From positions 992,001-1,056,000 of the forward strand of contig CAWFSF010000006.1 of the NCBI GenBank assembly GCA_963818475.1: DNA of 64,000 nucleotides. Direction: 5' to 3'. The DNA is from Nitrospirota bacterium. Lineage in GTDB: Bacteria > Nitrospirota > UBA9217. The number at the start of each line of letters is the position of its first letter. Positions within the stretch are counted from its first letter, which is position 1. The notes below the pieces were generated by a model. The model was not told the DNA's origin. It was given only the letters and a program-made list of their open reading frames with translations, and did not search any database. Below, piece after piece: positions 1 to 10,963 of the stretch. The translations under genes and the position numbers were made by a program.

Positions 1-263
1 AAGGGTGCTATACTAGAACGAGAACGTACATGAATGATCGGCACACTTGCTTTTGCAAAGGGTACTGCTTGGGTATCAGGAATAAATCTGTATGCCTGCG
101 TGGAGACCCTTGCTGACCGTGCTGACGAACTGGTGGGTTTTCCCTAGAAATGCACAAGAGGCGGCCCGACGTCGAGCTTCTTGCCTGGTTCCCATGCAAA
201 AATTTGGCTGTGTATGGTTCATAATGATAGATAACAGATAAGATCAAGGACATAGGTGACACC

Positions 264-1127
264 ATGCGCTGGAGAGGGGAACGGCAGAGCGACAACATCG
301 AAGACCGCCGGGGGATGTCGCTGCGGCGCGGCGTAAAGCTCGGCGGTTTAAGCGGCATTGGCCTGATCATCGCCGTGCTGATCAGCATGTATTTTGGCAT
401 CGATCCTTCTTATCTGCTGCAGGGAGTTTCCGAAACACAACCGCCTGCCGCTTCTGTCGCGCAAAACGGCGGCCCGGCTGTTCACGACGATCAACGTGAC
501 TTTGTCGCTGTGGTTTTGGCCGAGACCGAGGACGTCTGGCACGAGGCCTTCCGCGCCATGGAGCGGTCTTATCAACCGCCGAAGCTTGTGCTTTTTACGT
601 CGGCTGTTGAGTCGGCATGCGGAATAGCCGGTTCGGCAACGGGGCCCTTTTATTGCCCTTCCGATCAGAAGGTCTACCTGGACCTCGGTTTCTTCGAAGA
701 GCTGCATAACCAGTTTGGAGCTTCCGGCGATTTTGCCCAGGCCTACGTCATTGCCCATGAGGTGGGCCACCATGTACAGACCCTTCTGGGCATCTCGCAG
801 GAGGTTCGTGAACATCAGTCCCGCGTCAGCTCTTCCGAAAGAAATACATTATCGGTGATGATGGAATTGCAGGCCGACTGCCTTGCGGGGGTTTGGGCCC
901 ATCAGGCCGAAAAGAGCCGTCATATTCTTGAAACCGGAGACATCGAGGAAGGGCTGAACGCTGCCAGTGCGATCGGGGATGATCGTATCCAGCGGAAGAC
1001 CCAGGGCTACGTGGTCCCGGACGCTTTTACTCATGGAAGTTCGACGCAGCGGGTGCGCTGGTTCAAGCAGGGTTTTGAACTCGGTAATTTTCAAACCTGT
1101 GACACTTTCAAGGCGGAAGGGATGTGA
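264..1127 (+). CDS. ypfJ: YpfJ-family neutral zinc metallopeptidase
   Basis: N-terminal MRW..RQSDNIEDRRG, GPFYCP.D, HEVGH zinc motif, ELQADC and FTHGSS.QR.RWF family motifs. Confidence 0.9.
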   Translation: MRWRGERQSDNIEDRRGMSLRRGVKLGGLSGIGLIIAVLISMYFGIDPSYLLQGVSETQPPAASVAQNGGPAVHDDQRDFVAVVLAETEDVWHEAFRAMERSYQPPKLVLFTSAVESACGIAGSATGPFYCPSDQKVYLDLGFFEELHNQFGASGDFAQAYVIAHEVGHHVQTLLGISQEVREHQSRVSSSERNTLSVMMELQADCLAGVWAHQAEKSRHILETGDIEEGLNAASAIGDDRIQRKTQGYVVPDAFTHGSSTQRVRWFKQGFELGNFQTCDTFKAEGM

Positions 1128-1240
1128 GCTCCGGGCACAGGGGTCTTGAACTTGGAGAGCGGCAGAAAAAAAGGAGGTGAGGAGAGGTGGTAGAGAACGC
1201 GCTAAAGAAGTCGGGCGGGCCTGATGCATGGGATGCGGCA

Positions 1241-1377
1241 CAATACCACGTAGTCGTAAAAGGGGACACTCTCTGGAAGATCGCGGAGAAATTCTACGGG
1301 GACGAAGCTCTATAAAGATATCTTTGAGGCGAACCGGGACATTCTCAAAGACCCCGAGCTCATCAAGGCGGGATAAG
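1241..1377 (+). pseudogene. LysM-domain remnant (Kbp/YgaU C-terminus-like)
   Basis: Manual translation gives QYHVVVKGDTLWKIAEKFYGD, a frameshift, then LYKDIFEANRDILKDPELIKAG*; not shown in the ORF track. Confidence 0.75.
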
Positions 1378-1420
1378 GACGAGGCACATGTTTTGACACT
1401 GCTACCTAAGGAGGAACTGT

Positions 1421-2095
1421 ATGAAAAGGATGGCTGTTATAGTGTTCGCTTTGTGGGCATGTGTTTCTCTGATCGCCCTGCCTGCTTGTAAGACCATTAA
1501 TCCCTATACCGAGGAGAAGCAGACATCCAAAGCCACCGGGGGTGCGGCCATAGGCGGTGTTGTGGGCGCCATGTTAGGCGCGGCGACGGCCAGCAAGGGA
1601 AAACGCACGGAAAGGGCGCTGCTTGGCGCCGGTGTCGGCGCTATTGCCGGCGGAGGCGCGGGGTACTATATGGATGTGCAAGAGGCCAAATTGCGCCAGA
1701 AACTGGAGGGAACGGGAGTGCATGTCGTGCGCAACGGCAACAATATCAGCCTCGTGATGCCGGGCGACGTTACCTTTGAGACCAACAGCTCAAGCCTCGA
1801 TTCAAGGTTCTTTAGTGTGCTGGATTCCGTAGCCACGGTGCTGCAGGAATATAAATCCACGCTGGTCACCGTGGCGGGACATACCGACAACACCGGTTCG
1901 GCCGAGTATAACAATCAACTTTCGGAAAAACGCGCTACCACCGTAGCCCTTTATCTGCACGGCAGAGGGGTGGTCAAAGAGCGTCTGGCGTCCATCGGCC
2001 ATGGTGAAGCAAATCCGGTAGCCGGCAACGATACTGCCGAAGGCCGGGCCAGGAATCGACGCGTAGAGATCACGTTGGACCCCATAACCAAATGA
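1421..2095 (+). CDS. OmpA-family lipoprotein with glycine zipper (YiaD-like)
   Basis: Lipobox LPAC, glycine zipper, GYYMDxQEAKLR, GHTD and NRRVEI motifs; AAGGAGG RBS. Confidence 0.92.
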   Translation: MKRMAVIVFALWACVSLIALPACKTINPYTEEKQTSKATGGAAIGGVVGAMLGAATASKGKRTERALLGAGVGAIAGGGAGYYMDVQEAKLRQKLEGTGVHVVRNGNNISLVMPGDVTFETNSSSLDSRFFSVLDSVATVLQEYKSTLVTVAGHTDNTGSAEYNNQLSEKRATTVALYLHGRGVVKERLASIGHGEANPVAGNDTAEGRARNRRVEITLDPITK

Positions 2096-2114
2096 GCCCT
2101 CAGGAGGGGAACAT

Positions 2115-2457
2115 CAAAGGCCCGGGAAGATCCCAGGCCTTTTTGTTTACGGCTGCGCTTATTGTACGTATCAGGCGGCCTGCGGTCTCGCGATAGGCGG
2201 CGGAGCCATTTCCTTGTAATTGGAATATGCTCAGGGATTCGAGGAAGCGCTGCATAGCTTCCGGAACCAGGGATCCGGCCGGGACCTTGATATCCGGAAG
2301 GCAGGCATTCAGCACCGTCTGGACGAGGTCTCGTGCGCTGAACTCCAGGATCTCCCTGACAGCATTAGGAGACGTGTCCTCGATCAAGAGGGCATTTTCC
2401 TGATACCATCCGTCCCCGTGTTCGCGCTTCGAGTCGCAGGGGATCTCGGCGGTCTTC
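2115..2457. repeat. Copy 1 of a ~345-bp direct repeat: terminator plus 3' half of the 4312-4848 gene (truncated copy)
   Basis: Near-identical to 4268-4615; similarity ends abruptly at ...GGCGGTCTTC. Confidence 0.93.
2116..2148. terminator. Bidirectional intrinsic terminator
   Basis: AAAGGCCCGGGA-AGA-TCCCAGGCCTTTTT hairpin between convergent genes. Confidence 0.75.
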
Positions 2458-2550
2458 TAAAGCGCAGGACCAACTGGAGAGAGAAGACTGCCCTCACCCC
2501 GAGAGGTTCGTCTCAACCGGGGTTATAAAAAATCCCTCTGTATTATTTTA

Positions 2551-4063
2551 TTATTGAACGGTAAGTCCGCTGGGCGGGGAGGGAACAGTGTCGCTCGCAG
2601 GCGAGCCGTTTTCCGGGCTTAAGACAATCAGCGAGACGGCGTTAGGTTGAAGAGTGAATGTTCGAGTTACGCTGGAGGCCGCCGGCAGAACAGTGTCTTC
2701 GACTGTCTCGAGATCTGATTTGGCCGCGTCGTAACTGACATTACTATGGCTCGCATCCACCAGATACCGCTTTAACCTGATCGTTTTGCCAACGAACTCC
2801 GCAGGCAAGTTCGAAACCGCCAAATCGGTGGAGTAGCTCGCAGTTCCGGTATTTTGGTAGTTCCACACCAGCACTGTCACTAAGTTGGGTCCTTTCGACG
2901 CTAAGGCGCGGACGCCTATGCCATTGACATCCATCTGCCCGGAAGCGCTGATCCGAGTGCCAGCCATCATGCTGAGCATCTTAAAGCTGTTGTATTGTGG
3001 AAAAACCTGAGATCCGCCGTCCTGAATGATGCCTTGTACTGTGGGCGCAGGCCGCCTGACCCTAAAATAGAAGATTTCGCTCAACCCGGCGTCAGGCATG
3101 AAGTAGCTCATCGGTCCGATCATGCCAGCAGCGCGAGTGACCTGCCAAGGTTCAGCCTCTTGAACAGTGTCGAACACGCTGACCGCGTTCCATTCAGTAA
3201 GCATCAATTCGGTGTTGGAAAATCCAGCTGCGCTCAACCAGGAACGAACGGTACTTGCTTTGCTGCGAAGTTTCGCTGGCAAAGCTGCACTATATTCATG
3301 CCAGTCCACTATATCAAGTGGAAGATTATTAGTTTTGCAATAATTGATAAATCCTTGGATCCATGTGGAATTAAGACCTGCGGCAGTCGGCCCACCAACC
3401 TTGGCGGAATTGTCGGCGGCTTTCACACCCTGAGCGGTATATTGATATAGTTTTTCATATCCGCCTAGACCGGCAGGATACAACGTATTGGGATGGTCAG
3501 GCTCATTCCAGACGAGGAAGTATTTAATTCCGTACCCTTTTACGACATTCAGATGGGTGACGGTGTCGCTTATCAACTTTTGCCATTTCACATAATCCTT
3601 GGGGGGGGGTAAGCATATACGGATATGCACTATCCCATGCATTCTGACCGTATGTTGTGTCTGCGAGCCACTGGGGCATGAAAGCAAGCACTACGACAGG
3701 CTCCGCGCCGGTTGCTTTGACGTTTTCTATATTGCCGTCGAGCAAGGTCCAATTATAGATGCCCTCCGCTGTGGAAACCACGTGGAGCATGGCATCCAAT
3801 CTTACCAGTCTGGTTCGGACAGACGCGAGCCTGCTCTGCTCATTACTGGTAAATCTGTCGAAATTTCCTTTTCTGGCCTGACCAAAATTAATAAAGGTCT
3901 TTAGGGATCCGCTGGGCTGAGTCACATCGACAGATATGGATGCCGCCTCGGAACTTTTCGCCAAGCCGAGAAGGCCGAAGAAGATGAGCGCGAAAAAAAA
4001 TACTCCGGTGAAATAGAGGCTGTTTTTATTTGCAAAAAATTGTTTTATTTTATTATTATACAT
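2551..4063 (-). CDS. Secreted GH39-family glycoside hydrolase (frameshift at the G9 run, 3601-3609)
   Basis: Signal peptide, WNEPD acid/base, KVGGP and LTEWN nucleophile motifs; ORFs 3524-4063 and 2551-3687 join at the homopolymer. Confidence 0.82.
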
Positions 4064-4267
4064 TGCTCAGATGTTTGTACTGTTTTGGCATAGACACCTA
4101 GGGTACATGGTAACCCTAAGTGATGCACTTATTGAATCGCGATTTTTCCCTGCATATTTCCCACATATCTGCGTGTATTAAACATAGCCGGAGTGGACCC
4201 CTCTGTCAAGACAGCAAGTGTCGAGCTTAATACTTTCGCTATTGTGACACATCTCTCAATGAAATAC

Positions 4268-4615
4268 CAAAGGCCCGGGAAGATCCCGGGCCTTTTTGTG
4301 TTTTTGCCGCACTAACTGTAAGTATCAGGACATGCGGCCTGCGGTCTCGCGATCGGCGGCGGAGCCATTTCCTTGTAATTGGGTATGCTCAGGGATTCGA
4401 GGAAGCGCTGCATAGCCCCGGGATCCAGGGACCCGGCCGGGACCTTGATATCCGGAAGGCAGGCATTCAGCACCGTCTGGACGAGGTCTCGTGCGCTGAA
4501 CTCGAGGATCTCCCTGACAGCATTGGGAGACGTGTCCTCGATCAAGAGGGCATTTTCCTGATACCATCCGTCCCCGTGTTCGCGCTTCGAGTCGCAGGGG
4601 ATCTCGGCGGTCTTC
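4268..4615. repeat. Copy 2 of the ~345-bp direct repeat
   Basis: Matches 2115-2457; contains perfect hairpin AAAGGCCCGGGA-AGA-TCCCGGGCCTTT. Confidence 0.93.
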
Positions 4616-4848
4616 GTCACAATGCCCCGCTGGAGAGCAAAGTAGGAAACATCGGCCCGAAGCTGCTGAAGTCCCTTGAATGCCGCGTTGGAGCAGATAC
4701 CGGTCTTTCCCCAGCAGATGGGGTCGAACCTGGGCAGGCTGATGCCGCTGCAGAAGACGTAGCTCCCGGGACGGTGTTCAGACTCACGAATGACGATGGA
4801 GAAAAAATCATTTTTGTATTCCCATGAAGCGATGGCTGTGGTATGCAT
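4312..4848 (-). CDS. Hypothetical protein
   Basis: 178-aa ORF with AGGAGG RBS and downstream terminator; no family recognised. Confidence 0.7.
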   Translation of the reverse strand: MHTTAIASWEYKNDFFSIVIRESEHRPGSYVFCSGISLPRFDPICWGKTGICSNAAFKGLQQLRADVSYFALQRGIVTKTAEIPCDSKREHGDGWYQENALLIEDTSPNAVREILEFSARDLVQTVLNACLPDIKVPAGSLDPGAMQRFLESLSIPNYKEMAPPPIARPQAACPDTYS

Positions 4849-5344
4849 GATACGCTACCTCCTGTGATGGGGCCAATTTAACACCAATTTAGTCCTGTTT
4901 AGCATCCAGTATAGCCGAAGCCTCTGCCTGGCGCAAGTAAAAAAGAATAATTCTAATCTGAAGTTGTGAATTGACATCTCCTGATAATGCAGGCAATTAT
5001 CCTGCTCAGGTGGGCATGTTAGGTTCGGTCAATACTGTTTGCAGAAGGGGAGTCGAAAGTCAGGAAGATCGAGGGTCATGCTTGATTTCGACGTAAAGGC
5101 ATCGTCAGAAGAGCCAAAGCCAGTTGGACTGAAATCTCACGTGTCATCTTCGGGGAAACAAGAGGGGACGTCGTTTCTAAGTTTACCACTCCCTTATCGT
5201 GAATGGGCGCGGTTGATGCCTCCGGCGCCACGTGCGGGGGGGTGCAACGGACCTTGACATGACGTCAAGGTCGAGGCCGAGGCCCCACCTCATTGGCTCC
5301 GTGCTGGTCGCTGACAAGATCACGATCGGTAATCTACATCTTTA

Positions 5345-6413
5345 TTAACTGTACGTCAGTTTTCGCTCAAGGTCTTTCGAGCGAGAGATGCGCTTTGCCT
5401 CTTCGAGCGTTATGAGTTCCGCTCTGCAGAGCTGAATGAGATGCTGGTCCATTGTCTGCATGTCGTATTCGTCGCGTCCCTTTTCGATATACTGCTCGAT
5501 CTCGTCGAGGTGATTGTCCCTGATGCACGCCTTAATGGTGGAGGTCGCATACATCACTTCAAGGACGGGAATGACCGTGTCGTCTTTTTTCCCTCGTACA
5601 AGCCTCAGAGAGATAATTGCTGATCAGGCTCTCTGCCAGCCTCTGCCTGATATTCTCATGCGCCTGGGGCGGGAAATAACCGACGATACGGTTGATGGAC
5701 GAAGCCGTATTATGGGTATGAAGCGTGGACAATACCAGATGCCCCGTCTCGGCGGCCTTCACACAGGCGTCTATGGTTTCGAGGTCACGCAGTTCTCCGA
5801 CCATGATGACGTCCGGATTCATGCGCATTGCAGACCGTAAAGCAACGCTGAAACTTTCCGTATCGATGCCTACTTCCCTCTGGATGATACAGCTTTTGTT
5901 CGAAGTGAACAGGAACTCGATCGGGTCCTCGATCGTAATGATATTGTAATCGAAATTATCATTGATGAACCTCATCATCGAAGCGAGCGTCGTTGATTTG
6001 CCGTTGCCGGTCGGCCCGGTGACGAGGATCAGGCCGTTCGGGACCTGCGCAATCCTGCCGAGCACCGGCGGAAGGTTCAACTCCTCGAAGGTGCCTATCT
6101 GGTGAGGGATAACGCGCATGACAACGCCGAGATTGCCGCGCTGACGGAAGATGCTCACCCGGAAGCGGCCGACATTCGCCAGAGTATAGGAAGTATCAAG
6201 TTCCTTCAGGTCTTCGGGCAGCTTCCGGTTGTGCTGCGCCATGACCGCGTTTGCGACGAACTCGGTATCCTGTTTCGTCAAGTTCGCGAGCTTGGAGCGG
6301 ATAAGATGGCCGCGTGCCCGGAACATCGGCGGGTTGTCGACCTCAAAATGAATATCCGAGACCTTTTTTTCGAAGGCAATGTTAAGAATCTGATTAAATA
6401 TTGCAATGTCCAT
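5345..6413 (-). CDS. pilT: PilT/PilU-family type IV pilus retraction ATPase (frameshift near 5610)
   Basis: SDIH, GPTGNGKSTT Walker A, TIEDPIE, PDVIMVGE and AETGHLVLSTLHT motifs; C-terminus (MQTMDQ) lies in ORF 5345-5557. Confidence 0.9.
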
Positions 6414-6468
6414 GGCGCCTTTGTACCTCCGCGTTTTATCTTAACCTGAGACAACAACAACCATTTCT

Positions 6469-8267
6469 CTATGATTTTTGAGACGCTTTCGCCATCTGTC
6501 TGCGGAAAAGCGCATATTCCAGAGCAATGCCGACCTGCTGGGCAAGGATCTCGAGTATATCGAGCTGCACCGGGGATGCCTCTTTCTTCCCGAAATCCCC
6601 GTATACGATCGCTACGACCTTTCGATCGCATATCACGGGCAGCAGGACGAACAGCCGGACTCAGGGGCTTGCCTATTTCTTGAAAGAGTCCCTTGAGCGC
6701 TTCATCGCCGCTCTCTCCGTAATACACCAGTCCTTTTTCGAGCACCTCCCGGAAAACCGAAGGTTTTGCAATCGGTATCTTCAGCCTGTCCGCCTGGGTC
6801 GGCCCCATGCTTTTTTCGGAACTCACTCCTATGGCCCTTTCGCCGGTCAATTCCGAAGGACGGACAAAGAACGTGACCGCGCGTTCGAACATCTCGGCAA
6901 CAGCTGCGAGCATCACCAGCGCCGCATCGGAAGGGTTGGTGATCTCGCGAAGCGATTTGATGTCGTCTTTCAGTTCTTTCACGTACCGGTCCGTGGCATC
7001 GAGCCGGTGCTGAAAACCTTTGATATAGGACTTGAAGACGCCGAGAAACTTGATCGTATCCGTGGATGTACGTTTCTCTCCTGACCTCTTTCAACGGCTT
7101 CGGGAGAACGGCCCTGACGCCGTCATGGTACGATTGCAGGATGAAATTAGCTCTCCTGAGGGGAGGCGAGCTGCAGGAGAGGGACCGCGGAGTACTGTCC
7201 CTTCACCCGATCCCGCATGCTGATGATCTTTTCCTCGGAAAACCCGCCCTCCGATCCCGCGGGGCTGTCGAAAACGACCACCGGCATTCTCATGGCAGAG
7301 AGACACTGCGATACGATCCGTTCGAGGTCCTTTTCGTCGTCTGTTGCAAATACGGGTATTCCTTCCTCTTTACAGATGGTCATAACCGAATGCCTGATCA
7401 GTTTATCATTGCTGAACAGGACGACAGCTTTGCCTGCCTGCTGCGCCACAGCGTCGGGCGCAGCCTTGCGATCCATGGATCTCCTGAGGAAAGAAACAAA
7501 TGCCTCCTGCTCTTCGGAAGAAAAACCCGCGAGTATTTCCTTTATGTTCTGGCGATGGATCTCGACCGGATCAAAGATCTCCATTTCGGAAACAGGCCGG
7601 GGTATTTTCTTCTCAAGCCGATCGATATCGGCAAGCCCGAGATCATCCGCGGTAATGGTCGAACGTTCTTCTTTTGTTTCACCGGCGTTTTCCGCTGGAA
7701 GGACATCGGCATAGAGTGCCTCAAAGGACGGAACCTCTTTTCCGGCTCGCGCGGTCACGTTCCCGCTCGTCAAAGATACGAAGTGCATCCATCAAGACCA
7801 TCTGGGCATCGACCCACATCTGTCCAGATCCCGATAGGCTCCGCCTTCCGGAGAGAAACGACGATCGTATCCGTATCGAACGTAAAGGTGCCCTTGGTCC
7901 AGCTCATCAGCTCAACGATCGTCATCTCGACCAGCTTTTTGAGTCCTCTCAGAGCGTCTTCCTGCTTCAGCTTGCCCATCTGCATCAATGTAGCCATAAG
8001 CGGTCTACGGTTCTTGACGGCATCCTTCGTGACGCCCAATGCCTGCTTGAGATCGTCAATGGTTATGGCGCCCGTCTTTACCAGAACGGTCCCGATGCGG
8101 ACGCTGTTGTTGATATGATTTGCACCGACAATATATCCGCTTCTGAAAACAATCTTGCTCTCCCCCTTGCTCCCCTTAACGGAAAAAATGCCCGACTTCC
8201 TCGTTGTGTGGACCAACTGGATAATGTCTACTATATGCAGATGTTCCAGATCTCCGGTAAACGCCAT
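6469..8267 (-). CDS. DUF4388 / receiver-like / GAF-like multidomain signalling protein (several frameshifts)
   Basis: N-terminal MAFTGDLEHLHIVDIIQLV..TRKSG (DUF4388); continues through fragments 7147-7788 and 6278-6982 and ends LEILAQQVGIALEYALFRRQ; this architecture commonly precedes pilT. Confidence 0.75.
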
Positions 8268-8771
8268 GTCTCTCGTATTGCTCCTTGGTAATTATCCGCT
8301 TAGGGTACTGAAATATTTGCCTTGAAAGTACACGTTTCATCAACAATATGCAATCGACTATCGTACAGCCCCAGCCCCAGGTCGACTTCCTCTATTTGGA
8401 ATGGGATTATCCAAATATCCGGTTGGTATGCAGAGGGGATAAGTACGGTGGATTATATAATGATAGAGGATAAGAATCAAGTGCGCTTCTAAAAACATTT
8501 AAGAAGAAACATAATAATTAGGAATTGGCAAAAATCATCAGGTCGTTTTTCTTGATAGTGCATTTTTTTGCTTTCATACTGTCTTGTGGCAATTGCAAGT
8601 AAGCTTACCCGTCCACGTTGAGTTGACAGAGAAGAGAGATTGGGAGCGGGACGGGATGCCTTTATCATACGTTTTCAAGGCATTTTGCAACCCCCCTGGT
8701 TACACCACCGGCCCCCCAGCGTCGATCATTGTCCATCGGCGTATTTCCGGGGGTGAAATTGTTTTTTTCCC

Positions 8772-8801
8772 TTGACAAGTCCGCAAGTTACATGGTATCT
8801 T
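8772..8801 (+). promoter_or_regulatory. Sigma70-like promoter of rplU
   Basis: TTGACA-18 nt-TATCTT with an extended TG. Confidence 0.55.
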
Positions 8802-8848
8802 AGCGACTCTTAAATAAGCTTAGATGGATTTTTGAAGGAGGAGTCAGC

Positions 8849-9160
8849 ATGTACGCAGTTATAGCGACCGGCGGAAAACAGTACAAGGTTTCGCCCGGTG
8901 ATGTGGTAAGAGTGGAAAGCCTTGAGGCCAAGAAGGGCGATACCCTCGAGATAAAGGACGTTTACATGATCGCCGACGGCGACAAGATAAGCGTTGGCAA
9001 GCCGATGCTGGCTTCAGCCAAGGTCACGGTCGAAGTGGTGGACGAGGACCGCGGCGAGAAGCTGCTCATCTTCAAGCACCGGCGGCGCAAGGGGTATCGC
9101 AAGACCATCGGTCATCGGCAGAACTATACGGCAATCAAAATCAAAGAGATCACGGCATAA
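8849..9160 (+). CDS. rplU: 50S ribosomal protein L21
   Basis: MYAVIATGGKQYKV...GHRQ. Confidence 0.98.
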   Translation: MYAVIATGGKQYKVSPGDVVRVESLEAKKGDTLEIKDVYMIADGDKISVGKPMLASAKVTVEVVDEDRGEKLLIFKHRRRKGYRKTIGHRQNYTAIKIKEITA

Positions 9161-9161
9161 T

Positions 9162-9304
9162 AAATCACAAAACACAAATTACAAATAACAAATCACAAAC
9201 AATGTCGAAATCACAAATCCAAGTTTGCAAACCTTTGAAATTTGGTTATTGGAATTTGAAAATTATTTAGGATTTGGCGCTTGGAATTTGGATTTTGTAT
9301 TTCC
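9162..9304. repeat. Heptamer-repeat inverted hairpin element between rplU and rpmA
   Basis: AAATCAC/AAAACAC/AAATTAC/AAATAAC units followed by complementary TTGGAAT/TTGGATT/TTGTATT units. Confidence 0.75.
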
Positions 9305-9316
9305 GGAGGATTTACA

Positions 9317-9577
9317 ATGGCACATAAAAAGGGAGTTGGCAGTTCACGGAACGGCAGAGACAGTAATGCACAGCGCCTCGGCGTAAAGCGCTACGACGGC
9401 GAGCTGATCAATGCAGGCACCATCATCATCAGGCAGCGCGGCACCAAGATCCACCCGGGCACGAACGTGGGCAAGGGAAGCGACGATACGCTTTTTGCCA
9501 AGGTCACCGGCGTGGTGAAGTTCGAGCGCAAAGACAAAACGCGTAAAAAGGTGAGCGTGTACGCAGCAGCAGTGTAA
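9317..9577 (+). CDS. rpmA: 50S ribosomal protein L27
   Basis: [16 protein letters not shown]. Confidence 0.98.
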   Translation: MAHKKGVGSSRNGRDSNAQRLGVKRYDGELINAGTIIIRQRGTKIHPGTNVGKGSDDTLFAKVTGVVKFERKDKTRKKVSVYAAAV

Positions 9578-9607
9578 AAACTCATCCTGATTTCAGTATC
9601 CTTTACA

Positions 9608-9640
9608 AGGCGGCATGAAATTTATGCCGCCTTTTCTGTT
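9608..9640 (+). terminator. Intrinsic terminator after rpmA
   Basis: AAGGCGGCAT-GAAATTT-ATGCCGCCTT followed by T-rich tail. Confidence 0.8.
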
Positions 9641-9773
9641 TGCACGTTCGGACCCTCTATGACAGGGGATCGTGGGCTGACGGCTCCACAATGGTCTCCT
9701 GACACGCTTTTTCCGCTCATGCTGCTTGCATTTTAATGCCGTTATCTGTATATTTCTCACAGGGTTAATAACG

Positions 9774-10847
9774 ATGTCAAATTTTATAGACAGGGTAAAG
9801 ATCAACATCAGGGCCGGCCATGGAGGCAAGGGATGCATCGCCTTCCGGCGCGAGGCCTATGTTCCGCGCGGCGGTCCGAGCGGCGGGGACGGGGGAAAGG
9901 GCGCTGACATCATCATCCGTGCCGATTCTCAACTGGGCACGCTCATCGACCTCAGATATCAGCAGAATTATTTTGCCAAGGATGGTCTTCCCGGCAGCGG
10001 AAAAGAGCAGACCGGCGCCGATTCCGAGGATATCATCATCCGCGTTCCCGTGGGCACGCTGGTGTACGATACCGTGACTCCGGGAGTGCTGGTGGACCTG
10101 GACGAGGACGGCAAGGAGTTCATTGCCGGCAAGGGGGGAAGAGGCGGCAAGGGCAATGCCTTTTTCAAGACAGCCACCAAACAGACGCCCCGGTACGCCC
10201 AACCCGGAGAGCCGGGTGAAGAGCGGCAGCTCTTTCTCGAACTGAAGCTTCTGGCCGATGTGGGACTGGTCGGTTTTCCCAATGCCGGCAAATCGACGCT
10301 CATTTCGACGATCTCTGCAGCCAAACCGAAGATCGCGGATTATCCCTTTACGACACTTACGCCGGTGCTCGGTGTGGTGAAGCCTGAGGGCCGAAAAGGC
10401 TTCGTGGTCGCCGACATCCCGGGCTTGATCGAGAATGCCCACAAAGGCGCTGGATTGGGATTCGAGTTCCTGCGCCATATCGAACGGACAACGATCCTGC
10501 TGCATATGGTGGACGTTTCCGGCATGGTGCCGGGCGACCCGGTCGAGAACTTTGAAAAGATCAATAATGAGCTTGCTCTGTACAGTGACAAGCTCTCGGG
10601 AAAGTATATGGCGGTGGCAGCCACCAAGATCGATGCGGCTATCCCTGAGCAGGTAGAGGAGCTGGAGCGGTATTGCCGAGAGCATAAGTATATGTTCTTC
10701 CCCGTATCATCGGCAACGGGCAAGGGTATCGCAACCCTGGTTAACTTCCTGTCTGAAAAAGTGGAAGAGGGGCGTAAAGAGCGCGAAAAAGTCGCCCAGG
10801 TTGTTCCGAAGGAAGCAAAACAGGAAGTAAAAGTAGAAGGTGAATAG
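9774..10847 (+). CDS. obgE: GTPase ObgE/CgtA
   Basis: FIDRVKI..GGPSGGDGG, GFPNAGKS, YPFTTL, DIPG. Confidence 0.97.
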   Translation: MSNFIDRVKINIRAGHGGKGCIAFRREAYVPRGGPSGGDGGKGADIIIRADSQLGTLIDLRYQQNYFAKDGLPGSGKEQTGADSEDIIIRVPVGTLVYDTVTPGVLVDLDEDGKEFIAGKGGRGGKGNAFFKTATKQTPRYAQPGEPGEERQLFLELKLLADVGLVGFPNAGKSTLISTISAAKPKIADYPFTTLTPVLGVVKPEGRKGFVVADIPGLIENAHKGAGLGFEFLRHIERTTILLHMVDVSGMVPGDPVENFEKINNELALYSDKLSGKYMAVAATKIDAAIPEQVEELERYCREHKYMFFPVSSATGKGIATLVNFLSEKVEEGRKEREKVAQVVPKEAKQEVKVEGE

Positions 10848-10963
10848 CTATCTGCAAGTCGCTGTATTTACGGTGAAATAAAACATTAAGATTATCTTGA
10901 ACTATTCGATATGTCTGAATATCTGAAACCAGAAGGGCGTTACACCAGAGAAAACTACTTTTG

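Noticed and set aside
3601-3609. G9 tract as a phase-variation switch for GH39
   Set aside because: Possible, but indistinguishable from homopolymer error given the many other indels in the window.
4860-5340. ncRNA or small ORF (5039-5257) in the intergenic region
   Set aside because: No recognisable family, RBS or convincing structure.
7066-8118. Long antisense ORFs (also 9777-10685, 17578-18453, 21435-22385, 22402-23154)
   Set aside because: Shadow frames of well-supported genes on the opposite strand.
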